64,000 bases of DNA from Oligoflexales bacterium (GCA_041736175.1 JBGSUI010000056.1:1-64000); one strand, 5' to 3'; shown: positions 9,888-20,193, counted from the first letter of the stretch. Program-made: numbers and translations. Notes: generated from the letters alone by a model not told the origin.

Positions 9888-10682
9888 CTAAAAACCTGCT
9901 CGTCGTACCAGCGCTGGATCGGCCCGATAGGGAATTTTGAACTGTATTGGCGACTCAACGTTTTTCTCGGCAGCGAAGGGAGTTTCTTTAAGGTTGAGAT
10001 TATAGGCTAGAGTCATCAATAGTTCTAAGTTTACCACATCAGCACAGTTGTAAGCCAGAAGGGTTTCTAGAGCCGCTTGGTTTTTTTTATTTTTATAAAG
10101 ATGCCATAGAGTGACCGCAAAAAAGCCGTCGACATCTTTGAGATCTCCCCGGTCGATCCCCAGCCGGCGTTCGACCTCCTTAAGACCACCGCTGTAGCCC
10201 AGGCGTTTTAGCACGTACCGTAAATCAATATGGGCTTTATTTAATTCGATGCCAAAGTAACTTTGAATAAACGGAATATCAAAGGTCTTGCCATTAAAGG
10301 AGACCATGAGTTTGTAGGGAGCGAGGTCACGGGGAAAATCATCGAGGTTTTTGCCATGGACATACGTCCTTATGGTTTTGCCATCATACAAAGCGATCGT
10401 GGTGATATGGTCCCTCGATCGGTCAAGACCGGTTGTTTCGATATCAATATAAGCAATCGAATCTTTAAAATCACTGAAGAGCCTCCAGTGTTGGTCAGGT
10501 TTCAGTTTAGCTGCAAAAAACTGCGGATTGCCTTGCAGGAGGTGTTGCTCGCAATCATCTAAAAATTCAGAGTTTTTTCCATAGGAGCGGTAGCTGGTCC
10601 AGCATTGAATGCCTTGTTCCCAGAGCGTCCGCTCTTTTGCGAGGCTGACGCGAGGAATATGGCAAAGGGTCTTGGTGAGCAT
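9888..10682 (-). CDS. YprB-like DEDD 3'-5' exonuclease (RNase_H_2 family)
   Basis: IDIETTG, FNGKTFDIP, HIDLR, GGLK.VE..LG, YN..DV; GGAGG RBS supports ATG 10682 (track start 10766). Confidence 0.85.
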   Translation of the reverse strand: MLTKTLCHIPRVSLAKERTLWEQGIQCWTSYRSYGKNSEFLDDCEQHLLQGNPQFFAAKLKPDQHWRLFSDFKDSIAYIDIETTGLDRSRDHITTIALYDGKTIRTYVHGKNLDDFPRDLAPYKLMVSFNGKTFDIPFIQSYFGIELNKAHIDLRYVLKRLGYSGGLKEVERRLGIDRGDLKDVDGFFAVTLWHLYKNKKNQAALETLLAYNCADVVNLELLMTLAYNLNLKETPFAAEKNVESPIQFKIPYRADPALVRRAGF

Positions 10683-10780
10683 GAAACCTCCAAAGTTATG
10701 TCCACCAGCATTACTACAATGATTGGTTCCTGCCAAGCAAGCCACTGAGGGTAGGAGATTTAGCACAGGGTCCCAATGCT

Positions 10781-11677
10781 CTAGACAATCTGACCATTTG
10801 GTCCAAGGATCTTGCCCCGTCCTTTTATGGGGAGTTGTTTCATCACAATATTGGTGACAAACGTCGTCACAAGGAGCTGCATATTGTCAGAGAGGTACTC
10901 AAAGCTGACTCCACAATAGATTCCAGTGATAAAGACCCGACGAACCTTGCCGGAAATCCTTAAAAATTCCTCGGTATATCCGGGGATCAGTCCCATGGTG
11001 GGGATATACATTTTTAGCTGTTCGCTGTTTCTTAAGATCAGACTGTTACCGGTTTTAAGTAAGGCCCCATGAATACTAAGGTCGATAAGTCTTCCATAGT
11101 GAGTTTGATCATCAGAAATCAATTGGAAGCGGATGGGTATATCCACCTTAAAACGGCGGCTTTTACGGGCAAATTGCTGGTTGAGGCCATTTCGGATCTT
11201 GCTAAAGATATGGGTGATTTCAGCGCGACCCCAGTCGATATAGTCATCGGACTCCTGAAATGAGCTGAGGATTTTATGGTAGTTTGTCACAAGCCTCTGG
11301 GGCTGGCGGGTCAAAAAAAGAGTCGGAATGACTTGGTTGGATTTCTTTCGTTTAAGCTCCGCCACAATCTGAAGAGTCGCTTCTAAGTCGGTAAATTCAT
11401 CGTCTAGGACGAGTAGAATCACCTGGCGGCTAAAGTTTTTGACTAATTCCTCAATAGATTTTGGTTGGGCGATTGAGGCATTTTTAAACTGGGAGCGCAA
11501 AAAAGCTTCGATGCCAGAGTAGAGATGGGTGGTGCCAGGCCCAAGAGCCGCCACCACATAGCTTTTGCGCTTTTTGCGGGGGGCTTGGAGGTAATCGGCG
11601 ACCCGGCCTTTATTTTCTTTTTTATCGTCGGTTACCGTAGCGGTTTTTTTGTCTTCCTTAAGATCATCGATTGCCAC
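10781..11677 (-). CDS. PilZ-domain c-di-GMP receptor with N-terminal degenerate receiver-like domain
   Basis: RKSRR (RxxxR) and DLSIHG (DxSxxG); upstream alpha/beta region ILLVLDD...IPTLFLT. Confidence 0.78.
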   Translation of the reverse strand: MAIDDLKEDKKTATVTDDKKENKGRVADYLQAPRKKRKSYVVAALGPGTTHLYSGIEAFLRSQFKNASIAQPKSIEELVKNFSRQVILLVLDDEFTDLEATLQIVAELKRKKSNQVIPTLFLTRQPQRLVTNYHKILSSFQESDDYIDWGRAEITHIFSKIRNGLNQQFARKSRRFKVDIPIRFQLISDDQTHYGRLIDLSIHGALLKTGNSLILRNSEQLKMYIPTMGLIPGYTEEFLRISGKVRRVFITGIYCGVSFEYLSDNMQLLVTTFVTNIVMKQLPIKGRGKILGPNGQIV

Positions 11678-11695
11678 GAATGGTTCTCCTATAGA

Positions 11696-14600
11696 TCAGA
11701 GTTTGTGGGTTGGCTCCGGAGAATGCTGTCCACTGATGCTGACCTTGGAGATGTCTTGTAAGAGTCGCTGAGCTTTAGCGTGGTAGGAGCGGAGCAGGGG
11801 ATCAGTTGTATCGGCGGTTTGTTTAAGAAAGGTTCTCCAAGATTTTGCCGCTTGAAATCTGATCAAGGGTTGGCTTTTTTCAAGCGCCATAAAATGCTGC
11901 GCAAGAGACCTAAAAAAGCTTAGCTGGAGACCAGCCCGTTCCTGGTCTCCTGGGGTGGCAAACTGGGCTTGGGGTAAAAACACCATAAGTGTGTCAATTT
12001 GGTGGACGAGGTCTGATAAGTCGATCGGAGCGGCTTTTAACTGAGCGTTTTGTTCGTAGACTTTAAGGACCGTCGAGGCCCACTCAAGCCTTAAATTAAA
12101 ATGAGTAGCCGACTTAAGGTCCTTGGCTTCGGGGTGTTTTAAAGCGTTTTGATAGTGGATCAAGGCTTTTTCTGGTTGCCCCAAAAAATTGTTTTGGATA
12201 TCCCCAGCACGGATCTGTCCCATAAAATAGTCTGAATGGGTCGTCGGAATCTTTTCAAAGACCGCAGCAGCCTCCCCTGGGTGCCCTTCTAAAACCAGGC
12301 GATCTCCCCGTGCAAGATCATCCGTCTCCATCACCACAGCATCAGGGCCACGCCAAATCACAGATCCTTCCCGACTGTTTAGTTTGCGCTCAAAAATTTT
12401 GTAGCCGCTCCCTAGTTTCAATTGGACCAACATCTCGTCGGAGGTTGCGGGTATCGGTAAAAAACTCTCCAAAGGAGTGCGTCCTATCACCTTATGATCG
12501 ACAGATACTTCCGCACCCTGTGGCTGTGAGTCAATACTAACCATAACCAAACTTGGCTGAAGGGCTAACAGGACTGGAGAGTCCTTAGCAAAGGAGACAG
12601 CGGAGTTTGCGGAGTTTGCGGAGTGAGCGGAGTCAGCGGAGTCATCCGCCTTTAAAAGAGCATCCCTCTGTGAATCATCAAGGGTGAGGGGGAGATACCC
12701 AGCGCGGGTGAGGATTAGCTGCGAAGGGTGATGTGTGGCTTGTGGTGACAAAAACAACTGACCTTGGGCATCGGTCTCCCCAAGCCATAAACCGTCTCCA
12801 TAGAGAGCAGCGTGACCGAGAGGGCTGGGTTGAGCTTTGTCAGATCGCACCACCTTAACCAGCCTCGAAAGAGTGGTGTGCGAAGTCACCTTGTCTGACT
12901 TAGTCCACCCCATGTTTACAATATCTCCGACCTGGACCACAGAGCGGGGGGCGATCCAAGAGGGCGTGACCACCGTGATTTCGGGAGACTCTTTAGTCCC
13001 TGTGCCGGTCGCGATATGGGTAAAGTTTTGGGAATCACCGATTTTGCCCATTTGCAGTCCATAGAGGGTGACTGGAAAAGAAGATTGTAATATGGGGAGA
13101 GCTAAGGCCCCCTTGCCAAAGCTGACAAATATTTTTTGCTGATCGACCCGTTTGACAACACCTTGAAAGGGAAACGAAGCCGCAAGTCTCTGGGCTAAAC
13201 CTCCTAAAGGTGGAAACCATGAGGTTTTCCCGGAGCCAATCGATGGGGTTTGGGTTTTAGCGGACTGTGTTCCCTGAAACTCCTCGATCGCCCCGCTGAT
13301 CACAGCTCCTTGCCTGCTGACTATTTTAGCCTCAACCAACCAGGGAGGGCCAAAATCGCCTCCTGTTCTTGGTCTGGCCTCGATAAACACGACTCCATCG
13401 ATAAGAGGCCCCAGGCCAATGCCATCAAATCCATGGTGAGAGACTTGGTATGAACTTTGGTGGTGGTCGAGGAGTCGCTTTTCAAACAAGCTTAGGGGAT
13501 ACTCCTGAAAAATTTGGGTTTTGAAGAGAACTTTGGCAAACTCCTGCCTTAGATATTGTTGTAAGACGCGTTTTTCTTCGGGGTCTTTGGAAAAGTTGGG
13601 GAGGTGCAACATAGGCTCGGCGACTACGATCCTAGGGGGAGGAACCGGATCTGGGGCAAAGTATTTGACGATGGGACTCTCTAGACTTCCGGTGAAATCC
13701 GTATCAAATAGGGTATGTCCGCGACTGTGTGTGAGGGCGACTTGGGTAAAACTCTGATCCTGAATGGGCCAGTCTGCGGTTAAAAATCCATATTCATTGG
13801 TTTGACCAACTTTTTTTTGATTAGCCAATACGTTGATCCCTGGATAGGGGATCAAGCGATCATAGATCTTTTGAAAGGTAAAAACGTCGAGACTATGTCC
13901 AGGAGTAAGCATCATATGGGCAATGGTTTGCTGTTTGACCACCAGCTTTTGGCTGGACGTGCGGTACCCCTTTTTGGAGGCCACGATCAGCACAGGTTCT
14001 TCCGGTATTTGAGAGAGCTGGAGGACACAGCGCCCCCGCTGGTTAGTGGTGCATTGGGCTAGAGACTGGCCTTGGTTTTTTAAATAAAGGCTGAGTTTTG
14101 CTTGTCCAATGGGTTGGTCTTTGGCGGCGCTTTTTATTTTTGCGCCTGAGGGAGTATGACTCGGGTGGTTGGAGAGATGAATCGTTACCAGTGTAGGGGA
14201 TTGGACCACTTTTTTTGGTGGAGCGGTTGTCACGGAAATGGGGGGAGTGCTGGGAAGGGGGAGGGATTCGAGTTGATCGATTGGAAAAAGTTTAGATTCA
14301 GATGAGTGTGGTGGGCCAACAAATGTCTGTTTTAGTGGATCGATCAATTGATTGACGATAAGGTCATCCTGATCCGTGGACTGGGGTTGGGTTGGCGCCG
14401 GCTTGGCTGGGGGAGTGACCGTGGGGGGCGATTCACTTTCGTTGCCGGCAGTTTCCTTTTCTATTTCGTTTTCATGGCTTCCTTTAGGTACGAAAAAAAG
14501 AGTGGCTTTAAGGGCGAGAGGAATCGCTTGTGAAGGGGGTAGATCAGAGGGTATCACGATGATTTGGCTAAAATCGCTAAAATAGTGAGTTTCAGACTGC

Positions 14601-14848
14601 TTTTTGACGGCCACTTGGATAGGTCTTTCGCTGTCTCTAACCTGATCCACTTTAAGGAGACCCTGGGAATCGGTCTCGCCAATAAGATCCTGATCAAAAT
14701 AGACCATAGCTCCTGGTACGGGATCTCCAAGGTGGGTTTTTGTTTCGAGTGAAAACTGGACCGTCTTCATAGAGTCTTTGCATTGGAGAAGTGACGTGCC
14801 CAAAAAAATCCAAAGTCCCAGGAAAGAGCAGCAAGTCTTGTGATTCAT
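11696..14848 (-). CDS. Large multidomain lipoprotein: prealbumin/carboxypeptidase-regulatory-like repeats, CsgG/FlgT-like region, PEGA domain, TPR-like C-terminus
   Basis: GGAGGA before ATG 14848; LLQ-C lipobox; four G/C-x-T-[DN]-x-x-G motifs; SIDSQPQGAEVSVD..VIGRTP (PEGA); helical C-terminus. Confidence 0.65.
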   Translation of the reverse strand: MNHKTCCSFLGLWIFLGTSLLQCKDSMKTVQFSLETKTHLGDPVPGAMVYFDQDLIGETDSQGLLKVDQVRDSERPIQVAVKKQSETHYFSDFSQIIVIPSDLPPSQAIPLALKATLFFVPKGSHENEIEKETAGNESESPPTVTPPAKPAPTQPQSTDQDDLIVNQLIDPLKQTFVGPPHSSESKLFPIDQLESLPLPSTPPISVTTAPPKKVVQSPTLVTIHLSNHPSHTPSGAKIKSAAKDQPIGQAKLSLYLKNQGQSLAQCTTNQRGRCVLQLSQIPEEPVLIVASKKGYRTSSQKLVVKQQTIAHMMLTPGHSLDVFTFQKIYDRLIPYPGINVLANQKKVGQTNEYGFLTADWPIQDQSFTQVALTHSRGHTLFDTDFTGSLESPIVKYFAPDPVPPPRIVVAEPMLHLPNFSKDPEEKRVLQQYLRQEFAKVLFKTQIFQEYPLSLFEKRLLDHHQSSYQVSHHGFDGIGLGPLIDGVVFIEARPRTGGDFGPPWLVEAKIVSRQGAVISGAIEEFQGTQSAKTQTPSIGSGKTSWFPPLGGLAQRLAASFPFQGVVKRVDQQKIFVSFGKGALALPILQSSFPVTLYGLQMGKIGDSQNFTHIATGTGTKESPEITVVTPSWIAPRSVVQVGDIVNMGWTKSDKVTSHTTLSRLVKVVRSDKAQPSPLGHAALYGDGLWLGETDAQGQLFLSPQATHHPSQLILTRAGYLPLTLDDSQRDALLKADDSADSAHSANSANSAVSFAKDSPVLLALQPSLVMVSIDSQPQGAEVSVDHKVIGRTPLESFLPIPATSDEMLVQLKLGSGYKIFERKLNSREGSVIWRGPDAVVMETDDLARGDRLVLEGHPGEAAAVFEKIPTTHSDYFMGQIRAGDIQNNFLGQPEKALIHYQNALKHPEAKDLKSATHFNLRLEWASTVLKVYEQNAQLKAAPIDLSDLVHQIDTLMVFLPQAQFATPGDQERAGLQLSFFRSLAQHFMALEKSQPLIRFQAAKSWRTFLKQTADTTDPLLRSYHAKAQRLLQDISKVSISGQHSPEPTHKL
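12600..12644. repeat. In-frame 9-bp tandem repeat x5 (GCGGAGTNN), encoding DSA-DSA-HSA-NSA-NSA on the minus strand
   Basis: gcggagttt gcggagttt gcggagtga gcggagtca gcggagtca read directly. Confidence 0.9.
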
Positions 14849-14910
14849 GAAGTGGTCCTCCAGTTTCAATGAGAGCTTTTGCAACCTCAGTTTCAGTTGC
14901 AGAGGAGTCC

Positions 14911-15546
14911 TTACCAAGCATCCCGTCGATCGATCCAAAGAACATTAGGTGACATCGTTAACCAAACGAGTTGTTTTTGCGATTCCACCGCGAGGCGAGC
15001 CAAGGTTAAACCGCGTGGGACCGTGACCAAAGTCGGCTTGCCTGCAGAAGCGGGGTAAACCCGGACTGTTTTCTGGACGGTCGTTATAATCGAAAGGTGA
15101 TTGGTATGGATGTTCAAAGTTTTTGGATTTTTAAAGGAGGGTCCTAAGGCCTTAGAGTGGACCCACCCGCTGAGTTTTAGGGTAGGAACATATATTTTAT
15201 GCCACACCGGAGTTTCGTAGGTGAGGACCACCTCAGTCCCTTTTTTTAATAGACTATTTTGGTTTGGATATTGATCTCCTGGACCTGTTTTAAGGGCAAT
15301 ATAGGGACGGTTGATCCTGCTGCATCTGACCATTCCTGCAGGGATTTCTAGGGTTGCCTGGGGGACTGGAGCGCTTATGGGAGGCGGAGGAAAGGGGGAT
15401 TCCGCCACAGGTGCCAATGAGTAAACTCTAGGACGATGTAAGTTTGGTGCCACTTCTGTGACGCAAGCAGGCAATGCTGCCCATAGAGTAAAACCTAGGA
15501 GTAGGTGCCTAGGTAAGGGCAATAAATGGAGGTTAGCGCGTTTCAA
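14911..15546 (-). CDS. SH3b-domain lipoprotein
   Basis: LPA-C lipobox; IALKTGPGDQY...LKKG..V...WHKI...SGWVH is a bacterial SH3 pattern; a second degenerate copy lies C-terminal. Confidence 0.72.
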   Translation of the reverse strand: MKRANLHLLPLPRHLLLGFTLWAALPACVTEVAPNLHRPRVYSLAPVAESPFPPPPISAPVPQATLEIPAGMVRCSRINRPYIALKTGPGDQYPNQNSLLKKGTEVVLTYETPVWHKIYVPTLKLSGWVHSKALGPSFKNPKTLNIHTNHLSIITTVQKTVRVYPASAGKPTLVTVPRGLTLARLAVESQKQLVWLTMSPNVLWIDRRDAW

Positions 15547-16481
15547 AAGGTGAGTGGCCCCGGGACTTGAGGTTCAAATTTTAGGGGTAACGGGATCGTT
15601 CTCGACATGGTGCCTGACTTATCGATAAGACCTACTGAGAGCTTAGTTAGACTGGCGTCTGAATCCTCAGGAATTTTGAATTGGAAGACTTTTCTTTTGA
15701 AGTTTTTGATAGCAAAAACACTGGCTGATTTTGGGTCTTTAGGCAATCCTGTGTTTGGATTGATCATCAGATATTGAGGCGAAGTAACTATGGTTTTCAC
15801 CCCGGATTTGGAGGTGTACTCGGCAATGGCCCAGATATGACCTTCGATTTTTTTAGGTTGGGTGGAGTTGGTCATATCAACCGACAGATTAAGGGTGCGG
15901 TTAAGGACCTCTAGGCTCTGGTTTTCTAGTTTTACTTGGTGAAGGTAGAGAGGTTGACTTTGGTTTTTCGCGGACGAGTTTAAGATGTCATGAGGCTGTT
16001 TGGTGGACCCATTAGCCTGAGGAGTGGGATTTTGTAAATCAGCCTTGGGAAAAGGTGATAGGAGTTCGTCGATCGAGGAGAGCTTTAGGGGCGATTTGGT
16101 TGCGGTCCCATGCACGGTTTCTCGGGTGGCGAATGGTTCGTTGTTTGCGGACTGACTGGTTAATAGTTGGGAAATCAGATGGGAAGATTTAGGATAGGCT
16201 GTTTCAAAAACTTGGTCATATTGGACTTGGTATTCGAAGAGAGCCTGTTTTACTCCCTGAAGATGCTGCTGAACCTCCTGATTGTTGCGTGCGATTTTAA
16301 TAAGCAAAAAGATACTTGCAATGGCCCAAAACAAAATCAAGCTACAGACAAACATGATGACATATATTTTTGTCATAGAAATAGATGTGGATCTGGTTCT
16401 TGCTGAATCAATAAAATAGACAATATTGAGTTGTCTTCTTCCGGGAGCTTTCGAAGCGAGCTGTGATGATTCCTGACCCAT
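15543..16481 (-). CDS. Hypothetical single-pass membrane protein with coiled coil and beta-rich periplasmic domain
   Basis: One TM helix followed by heptad region; overlaps the next gene by 4 bp (track start 16502). Confidence 0.6.
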   Translation of the reverse strand: MGQESSQLASKAPGRRQLNIVYFIDSARTRSTSISMTKIYVIMFVCSLILFWAIASIFLLIKIARNNQEVQQHLQGVKQALFEYQVQYDQVFETAYPKSSHLISQLLTSQSANNEPFATRETVHGTATKSPLKLSSIDELLSPFPKADLQNPTPQANGSTKQPHDILNSSAKNQSQPLYLHQVKLENQSLEVLNRTLNLSVDMTNSTQPKKIEGHIWAIAEYTSKSGVKTIVTSPQYLMINPNTGLPKDPKSASVFAIKNFKRKVFQFKIPEDSDASLTKLSVGLIDKSGTMSRTIPLPLKFEPQVPGPLTF

Positions 16482-16523
16482 AAAAAACCCTCGGTATAAC
16501 ACAAAATAAAAATAAAATCATGT

Positions 16524-17447
16524 TTACTTTAGCTGTAAGGATGTTGTGCCGTCAAACATTTTCTTAAGACCCCCGAGTGCTCCTAGGACACCCGTTGCTT
16601 CATAGGGGAGAAAAACAGTGGAATCGGCTTTAGAGGCGATGTCGCTTAGGCTTTGGAGGTACTTCTGAGCAATAAGGTACTGGGAAGGATCAGCGGTTTT
16701 GCCAAGTGCTGAGGCGATATGCTCAATGGCTTTTGCTTCGGCTTCTGCAAGTTTTAACTTGGCTAAGGCTTCACCCTCGGCTGATAAGATTGCAGACTGT
16801 TTCTCGCCTTCCGCATTGATGATTTGGGACTGTTGGATTCCTTCGGCCTTTAAGATGGCCGCAGCCTTTTCCCCTTCGGCCGTGGTGACGACCGCCCGGC
16901 GGGTTCGCTCAGCCGTCATTTGTTTTTCCATGGTGAGCTTGATCTCATCGGGAGGGTTGATATTTTTGAGTTCCACACGAATGATCTTTACGCCCCAAGG
17001 TTGGGTCGCTTGGTCGAGAGCAGCCCTGATCTGGGTATTAATGGTGTCACGGGAAGTGAGAGTGTGGTCTAAATCCAATGATCCAATCACGTTTCTAAGG
17101 GCACTAAGGGTGAGTTGCTCGATACCCCACCTGAGATTTTGGACTTCGTAGGTGGCGCGGATGGGATCCACCAGAATAAAGTAAATCACTGCATCGACCT
17201 GCATGGTCACGTTGTCGCGAGAGATCACCGACTGTGGTTCGATCGGGCTAATCTGCTCTCTAATATCGAGAACCGCGCGGACTGAATCTAAAAAAGGGAT
17301 TAAGATGTTGATTCCCGCGGTTCCAGCGTAGTGGAACCTACCCAATCTTTCGACGATGATAACCTGCTTTTGGGGGACAATGCGGATCATCCTGTACAAA
17401 ATGATCAGCATCACGGCGACAAAGATAGAGAGAACTGTGATTTGCAT
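16524..17447 (-). CDS. SPFH/stomatin-like protein (QmcA-like)
   Basis: IVPQ...VERLGRF, ISRDNV, LRNVIG, RVELKNI.PP, MEKQMTAERTRRA and AEGE repeats. Confidence 0.93.
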   Translation of the reverse strand: MQITVLSIFVAVMLIILYRMIRIVPQKQVIIVERLGRFHYAGTAGINILIPFLDSVRAVLDIREQISPIEPQSVISRDNVTMQVDAVIYFILVDPIRATYEVQNLRWGIEQLTLSALRNVIGSLDLDHTLTSRDTINTQIRAALDQATQPWGVKIIRVELKNINPPDEIKLTMEKQMTAERTRRAVVTTAEGEKAAAILKAEGIQQSQIINAEGEKQSAILSAEGEALAKLKLAEAEAKAIEHIASALGKTADPSQYLIAQKYLQSLSDIASKADSTVFLPYEATGVLGALGGLKKMFDGTTSLQLK

Positions 17448-17468
17448 GGAGAGTGGATCCTATCGTTT

Positions 17469-17912
17469 TTAGTTTAAAGGTTTTACTGATAATACGACAC
17501 CATCCACGCCGACTATTTTGACTGCTTGACCGACTTGGATCGTCATGGGGCTTATGGCAGCCCAATCTTCGCCCATGACCGTGACGCGTCCGGGGCCTAG
17601 ATCAGGGTTGATGGTTTGGCTCACACTCCCTGTGGCTCCGAGCAGTCGATCTGTCCGGGAGGGGATGGATTTGGTGTTTTTGTATTTTTCGAGAAAAAGG
17701 GGACGCAGTAAGAAAATGGAGGCCAAAAGGCTCAAGCCAAAGCCAATGAGTTGGGTGGCGAAGCCATAACCCAAAAGGGCACAGCCTATGGGCGTGACCG
17801 TGGCGATCGCTGCAAAGATCAGGAAAAAAGAAGGCAAAAAGATCTCAGCAACGGCAAAGACGAGTCCCGCTGCAAACCAAAGCCAAGCTTCGTTCATGTA
17901 AGGTAGGTCCAT
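17469..17912 (-). CDS. NfeD-like (YbbJ-type) SPFH partner
   Basis: W...G....AE..LP.F TM region; C-terminal OB fold GRV.V.GEDWAA...G..V.IV.VDG; adjacent to the SPFH gene. Confidence 0.9.
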   Translation of the reverse strand: MDLPYMNEAWLWFAAGLVFAVAEIFLPSFFLIFAAIATVTPIGCALLGYGFATQLIGFGLSLLASIFLLRPLFLEKYKNTKSIPSRTDRLLGATGSVSQTINPDLGPGRVTVMGEDWAAISPMTIQVGQAVKIVGVDGVVLSVKPLN

Positions 17913-18037
17913 ACCTGTATTATGACTTTATAAGTCTTAAAAGACAAATCTTGGCAAAAACCAGGTGGAACCTTGGCGAGACTTTGATAGTCTCAAAGAG
18001 TCTCCACGAAGATCGACAAGTAAGGATGTTAGGCCCT

Positions 18038-19942
18038 ATGAATATAAAAGAAAATTTTTTTAGCGATAACAAAGATATCCAGTTTCATTTAGCCAAAACA
18101 ATCGATTTCAATGAGATGTTTAAGGCTCTTAGCCACGAGGCTCGGGAAGAGTGCGGCTGCTCTGGAGGAGATGAATATCGAACGATGGTCCAGGCGATTC
18201 TTGAGAGCGTAGGGGAGGTCTGCGGGAGCGAGCTAGCTCCCCTTTCTAGCCAGGTGGAGCAAGAGGATATCCAACTTAAATCGGGGGAGGTCATCCTTCC
18301 TCCCACAGTCGAGCGCAATGTGTCAAAGCTATTGGAGCTAGGCTGCGCAAGTTTGGGTATTCAACCCCGTTTTGGTGGGAGTGGTATTCCCTTTTTACCT
18401 GAAACCATGGCCCATGAGATGATCACAAGGGCTTGCCCCTCAACGGGACTCAATATCGTTTGGTATAGTTCCATTGCCCATGTCTTGGATCAATTCGCAG
18501 ACGAGGCGATTAAGACCGAAGTGATTCCCAAAATAGCCCAGGGGGAATGGTCAGGGTCGATGGCTCTTACGGAGCCCGATGCGGGGAGTGACCTGGGAGC
18601 ACTGAGGACCTATGGGGTGCCCCAGGCCGACGGTACTTGGCGACTCTATGGCAGCAAGCGTTTTATCTCGAATGGTGCAAGCCAAGTGTGTTTGGTTTTA
18701 GCCATGAACGCCAAGGGAGCAAAAGGGTTAAATAACCTTAATCTCTACCTTTGCCTGAGGGAAGTCGAAGGCCAAAAAAATTATAAAGTGACAAAGATCG
18801 AGGACAAGGTTGCGCTCCACGGCTCGGCCACCTGCGAACTGCAGTTTGATGGCGCCAAGGCCCGGCTAGTGGGTAAACCAAATCAAGGTTTTCAGCAGAT
18901 GCTAAAGCTAATGAACGATGCGCGGATAGCCGTGGGTTTTCAAGGTCTCGGCAATATGGAAGCTATTCTCCGCATGACCAAGGATTACTGCTTAAGCCGC
19001 CAGAGTTGGGGTAAACCGGTAGCAGCCCATGAGTTAGTCGCTGAAAAGTTGCTTGATATGGAAGTGGACCTCAAGGCAGCCCGCAGCCTTTGCTACCGGG
19101 CCTCCTATGACCAGTCAATGATATATTTATGGGAAGATCAGCTCAAACAGATCAAGTCACAGGGAGAAAATGGCTCGCCTGATCTCGATCCGACGATGAT
19201 AGAAACCAAACTTGCAAAGGCTAGGTCCAGGGTGCGCCGATGGACACCGCTTATAAAATGGTATGTCGCCGAGAGGACCGTCGATATGGCCAGAATGGGG
19301 CTCCAACTCCATGGGGGTTATGGGTTTACTAAGGAGTACCGCTGTGAGTTTTGGCTGCGGGAAAGTTTGATTCTACCGCTCTATGAGGGAACTTCCCAGA
19401 TCCAAGCGCTGATGTGCATTAAAGACGCTCTTAAGGATATTATTCGTCACCCACGTAAGTTTTTTGAGGGGACTTTTGGGCTAAAGGTTCAATCCTTAAG
19501 TTTAGGTGATAGTCTTCAGAAAAAACTCTTGAGGGCTCGCCAGGTGGAAAAGAGCGCTCTCCTAGCGATTTTACTGAAAATCATTAAGGTAAACCTTAAA
19601 TCGTCACTAGCAGATGTAAAACCAACTGATCTTGTTAAAATCGTCAGAGTTTTAGGCAAAGACTTGGTCAAGATGGAAAATGTGGGCCCCGCTCTACTCC
19701 ATGCGGAGCGTATTTGTGAGATTAAATCTTTGGTTGAGTTGGGTGCAGCCTTGGTGAAGGATACCAAAAAGGATGAATCCCGAAGGTTTGAAGCCGAAAG
19801 GTTTCTAGAGCGGCACTACCCAAGACTACAGATGCTAAAAAGCGAGATAGAAGGAGATGATCGTCAGGTTTTTAGCTATATCGAAGGACTTTTGACGCTA
19901 AAGAGCGAAGATAAGTCGATTCCGCTTAAGAAGATCTCGTAA
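18038..19942 (+). CDS. Acyl-CoA dehydrogenase
   Basis: MALTEPDAGSDL, GSKRFIS, K..LHGSATCEL, QLHGGYG, YEGTSQIQ; start probably 18038 (track 17951). Confidence 0.92.
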   Translation: MNIKENFFSDNKDIQFHLAKTIDFNEMFKALSHEAREECGCSGGDEYRTMVQAILESVGEVCGSELAPLSSQVEQEDIQLKSGEVILPPTVERNVSKLLELGCASLGIQPRFGGSGIPFLPETMAHEMITRACPSTGLNIVWYSSIAHVLDQFADEAIKTEVIPKIAQGEWSGSMALTEPDAGSDLGALRTYGVPQADGTWRLYGSKRFISNGASQVCLVLAMNAKGAKGLNNLNLYLCLREVEGQKNYKVTKIEDKVALHGSATCELQFDGAKARLVGKPNQGFQQMLKLMNDARIAVGFQGLGNMEAILRMTKDYCLSRQSWGKPVAAHELVAEKLLDMEVDLKAARSLCYRASYDQSMIYLWEDQLKQIKSQGENGSPDLDPTMIETKLAKARSRVRRWTPLIKWYVAERTVDMARMGLQLHGGYGFTKEYRCEFWLRESLILPLYEGTSQIQALMCIKDALKDIIRHPRKFFEGTFGLKVQSLSLGDSLQKKLLRARQVEKSALLAILLKIIKVNLKSSLADVKPTDLVKIVRVLGKDLVKMENVGPALLHAERICEIKSLVELGAALVKDTKKDESRRFEAERFLERHYPRLQMLKSEIEGDDRQVFSYIEGLLTLKSEDKSIPLKKIS

Positions 19943-19971
19943 GAGAAAACTAAAATTTGGGAGAAAAAGTT

Positions 19972-20193
19972 ATGAAAAATCGAAAAACCATTTACCAAAC
20001 CCGAGTCACCCAGCTAGAAAACCTCCTCAACGAGAGATCAGAACTCTTAAAGGGAGATTCTCTCACCGGCAAAAAGCGTCGTCTTGACCCCCAGTTTCGC
20101 CAAATCGAGGGGCATTTACAGCAGTTTCGCCGTCGGTTAAAGGCGATTGAGAAAACCGAGCAGTTGGTCGCTGGAAAAATGGGGAGTGCTTAA
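19972..20193 (+). CDS. Small basic helical hypothetical protein
   Basis: ATG after GGAG; fills the gap in a co-directional run; its stop overlaps the next start. Confidence 0.6.
   Translation: MKNRKTIYQTRVTQLENLLNERSELLKGDSLTGKKRRLDPQFRQIEGHLQQFRRRLKAIEKTEQLVAGKMGSA

Noticed and set aside
15557..15566. gccccgggac as another copy of the dispersed palindrome
   Set aside because: Only 10 bp, inside a coding region, and lacks the TGATTC/GAATCA arms; likely chance.
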